From the NCBI RefSeq assembly GCF_963921235.1, contig NW_026948182.1, positions 372,001-436,000 of the forward strand: 64,000 nucleotides of DNA, read 5' to 3'. Source of the stretch: Mobula hypostoma. Its lineage: Eukaryota. Shown here in pieces: positions 62,505 through 64,000 of the stretch. A model generated the notes under the pieces. The model made no database searches and was not told where the DNA came from. It worked only from the letters and a program-made list of their open reading frames with translations. A program made the position numbers and the translations under genes. The first letter of the stretch is position 1. The number at the start of each line of letters is the position of its first letter.

Positions 62505-63640
62505 CGAAGGTTCAATCGTTAGGCATTAATATCGAAATAGTAAAATGGATTCAGCAGTGGCTGGATGGGAGATGCCAGAGAGTACTGGTGGATAACTGTG
62601 TGTCAGATTGGAGGACGGTGTGTAGCGGTGTGTCTCAGGGATTAGTATTGGGTCAAGTGTTGTTTGTCATATATATTAATGGTCTAGATGATGGGGTGGT
62701 AAATTGGATTAGTAAGTATGCAGATGATACTAAGGCAGTTGGCATTGTGGATAATGAAGTAGATTTTCAAAGCTTGCCGTAAGACTTAGGCCAGTTATAA
62801 GACTGGGCTGAAAGATGGCAGATGGAGTTTAATCCTGAAAAATATGAGGTGCTACATTTTGGTAGGACTAATCAAAATAGGACATACATGGTAAATGGTA
62901 GGGCATTGAAGAATACAGTAGAACAGAGTGATCTAGGAATAATAGTGCATAGTTCCCTGAAGGTGGAATCTCATGTGGATAGGGTGGTGAAGAAGGCTTT
63001 TGGTATGCTGGCCTTTATTAATCAGAGCATTGAGTATAGGAGTTTGGATGTAACGTTGAAAATGTATAAGGCATTGGTAAGGCCAAAGTCGGAGTATCGT
63101 GCACAGTTCTGGTCACCGAATTATAGGAAAGATGTCAATAAAGTTCAGAGAGTATAGAGGAGATTTACTAAAATGTCACCTGGGTTTCATCTCCTAAGTT
63201 ACAGAGAAAGGTTGAACAAGTTAGGTCTTTAGTCTTTGGAGCATAGAAGGTTGAGGGGGGACTTGATAGAGGTGTTTACAATTCTGAGGGGGATAGATAG
63301 AGTTGATGTGGATAGGCTTTTTCCATTGAGTGTGGGAGAGATTCAAACAAGACGACATGAGTTGAGAGTTAAGGGTAGAAGTTTAGGGGTAACATGTGGG
63401 GGAACTTCTTTACTCAGAGAGTGGTAGCTGTGTGGAACGAGCTTCCAGCAGAAGTGGTTGAGGCAGGTTCGGTGTTGTCGTTTAAAATAAATTGGATAGA
63501 TATATGGACAGGAAAGGAATGGAGGGTTATGGGCTGAGTGCAGGTTGGTGGGACTAGATGAGAGTAAGAGTTCGGCATGGACTAGAAGGGCCGAGATGGC
63601 CTGTTTCCGTGCTGTAATTGTTATATGGCTATATGGTTAA
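62505..63640 (+). mobile_element. CR1 LINE RT to 3' tail, 5'-truncated
   Basis: SGVSQGLVLG...SKYADDTK, MEFNPEKYEVLHFGR, RRLRGDLIEVF; tail gttatatggctatatgg. Confidence 0.92.
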
Positions 63641-63662
63641 TAGTTCAGATGAAGAAACTTAC

Positions 63663-63827
63663 ACAGGCGCTAACAGGGCAGAGAAAGGTGTCATTGATCC
63701 CACTGGTAAAGCGGCTTTGTGTAATCGATCAGTCCAACAGTCCCAGTGCGGGGACCTGACACCAGTAATGGTCGAATGACTCTGCTCACCAGGCAAAGCT
63801 TCACCTGAGTGAAAGGAGCCGGAGACC
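63663..63827 (-). other. Candidate 165-nt coding exon (phase 2-2)
   Basis: Pyrimidine tract plus ttcAG acceptor, TGT|GTAAGT donor; open frame VSGSFHSGEALPGEQSHSTITGVRSPHWDCWTDRLHKAALPVGSMTPFSALLAP. Confidence 0.4.
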
Positions 63828-64000
63828 CTGAATCAGCAGGTTGAGAGTGAAACACAAACAGGAATGTGACAGCGGTGTTGTTTGTTACGTAAAAGTCCAG
63901 GCTCAGGGTTTGTTGCACATCGGCCTGTTTAGGGGTGAAAGACATCTCCAACTTTTATTTATAAAATTCAGAAACAGGTGATAAGAGAATTTCCGGGATT

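Noticed and set aside
1-64000. tRNA, rRNA, snRNA genes; C2H2 zinc-finger, histone or immunoglobulin exons
   Set aside because: No A/B-box cloverleaf, rRNA-like tract or diagnostic protein motif found by eye or in the ORF track

Overview
Repeat-saturated vertebrate DNA. The CR1, Rex1/Babar and Penelope-derived repeats resemble those of a cartilaginous fish, probably a ray (inference, no search run). I recognise no intact host protein-coding gene, tRNA, rRNA or CRISPR array. Main structures: (1) ~6.2-35.7 kb is a tandem array of six composite units (2.8-7 kb). Each unit combines a minus-strand CR1 RT fragment, a Penelope-derived piece, two CR1 endonuclease fragments fused head-to-head, a plus-strand CR1 body, and three segments (C, A, B) of an unidentified non-TE sequence. 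The units were remodelled by microhomology deletions, templated junction insertions and mosaicism. (2) A younger 5'-truncated CR1 at 35.7-38.4 kb with a 643-aa ORF2 remnant. (3) 39-64 kb holds older, rearranged segmental duplicates: several CpG-rich promoter-like/first-exon modules, a Penelope GIY-YIG remnant and a less interrupted copy of the C-A-B sequence with two candidate upstream minus-strand exons. The unit-5 CR1 carries a solo LTR with a 5-bp TSD, and there is a 418-N gap at 3064-3481. Best leads: the unidentified multicopy gene-like relic, its 57-bp terminal repeat in which TGA alternates with Cys codons, degenerate hammerhead ribozymes in Penelope-derived repeats, and possible small-RNA production from the array. 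All functional statements are hypotheses.
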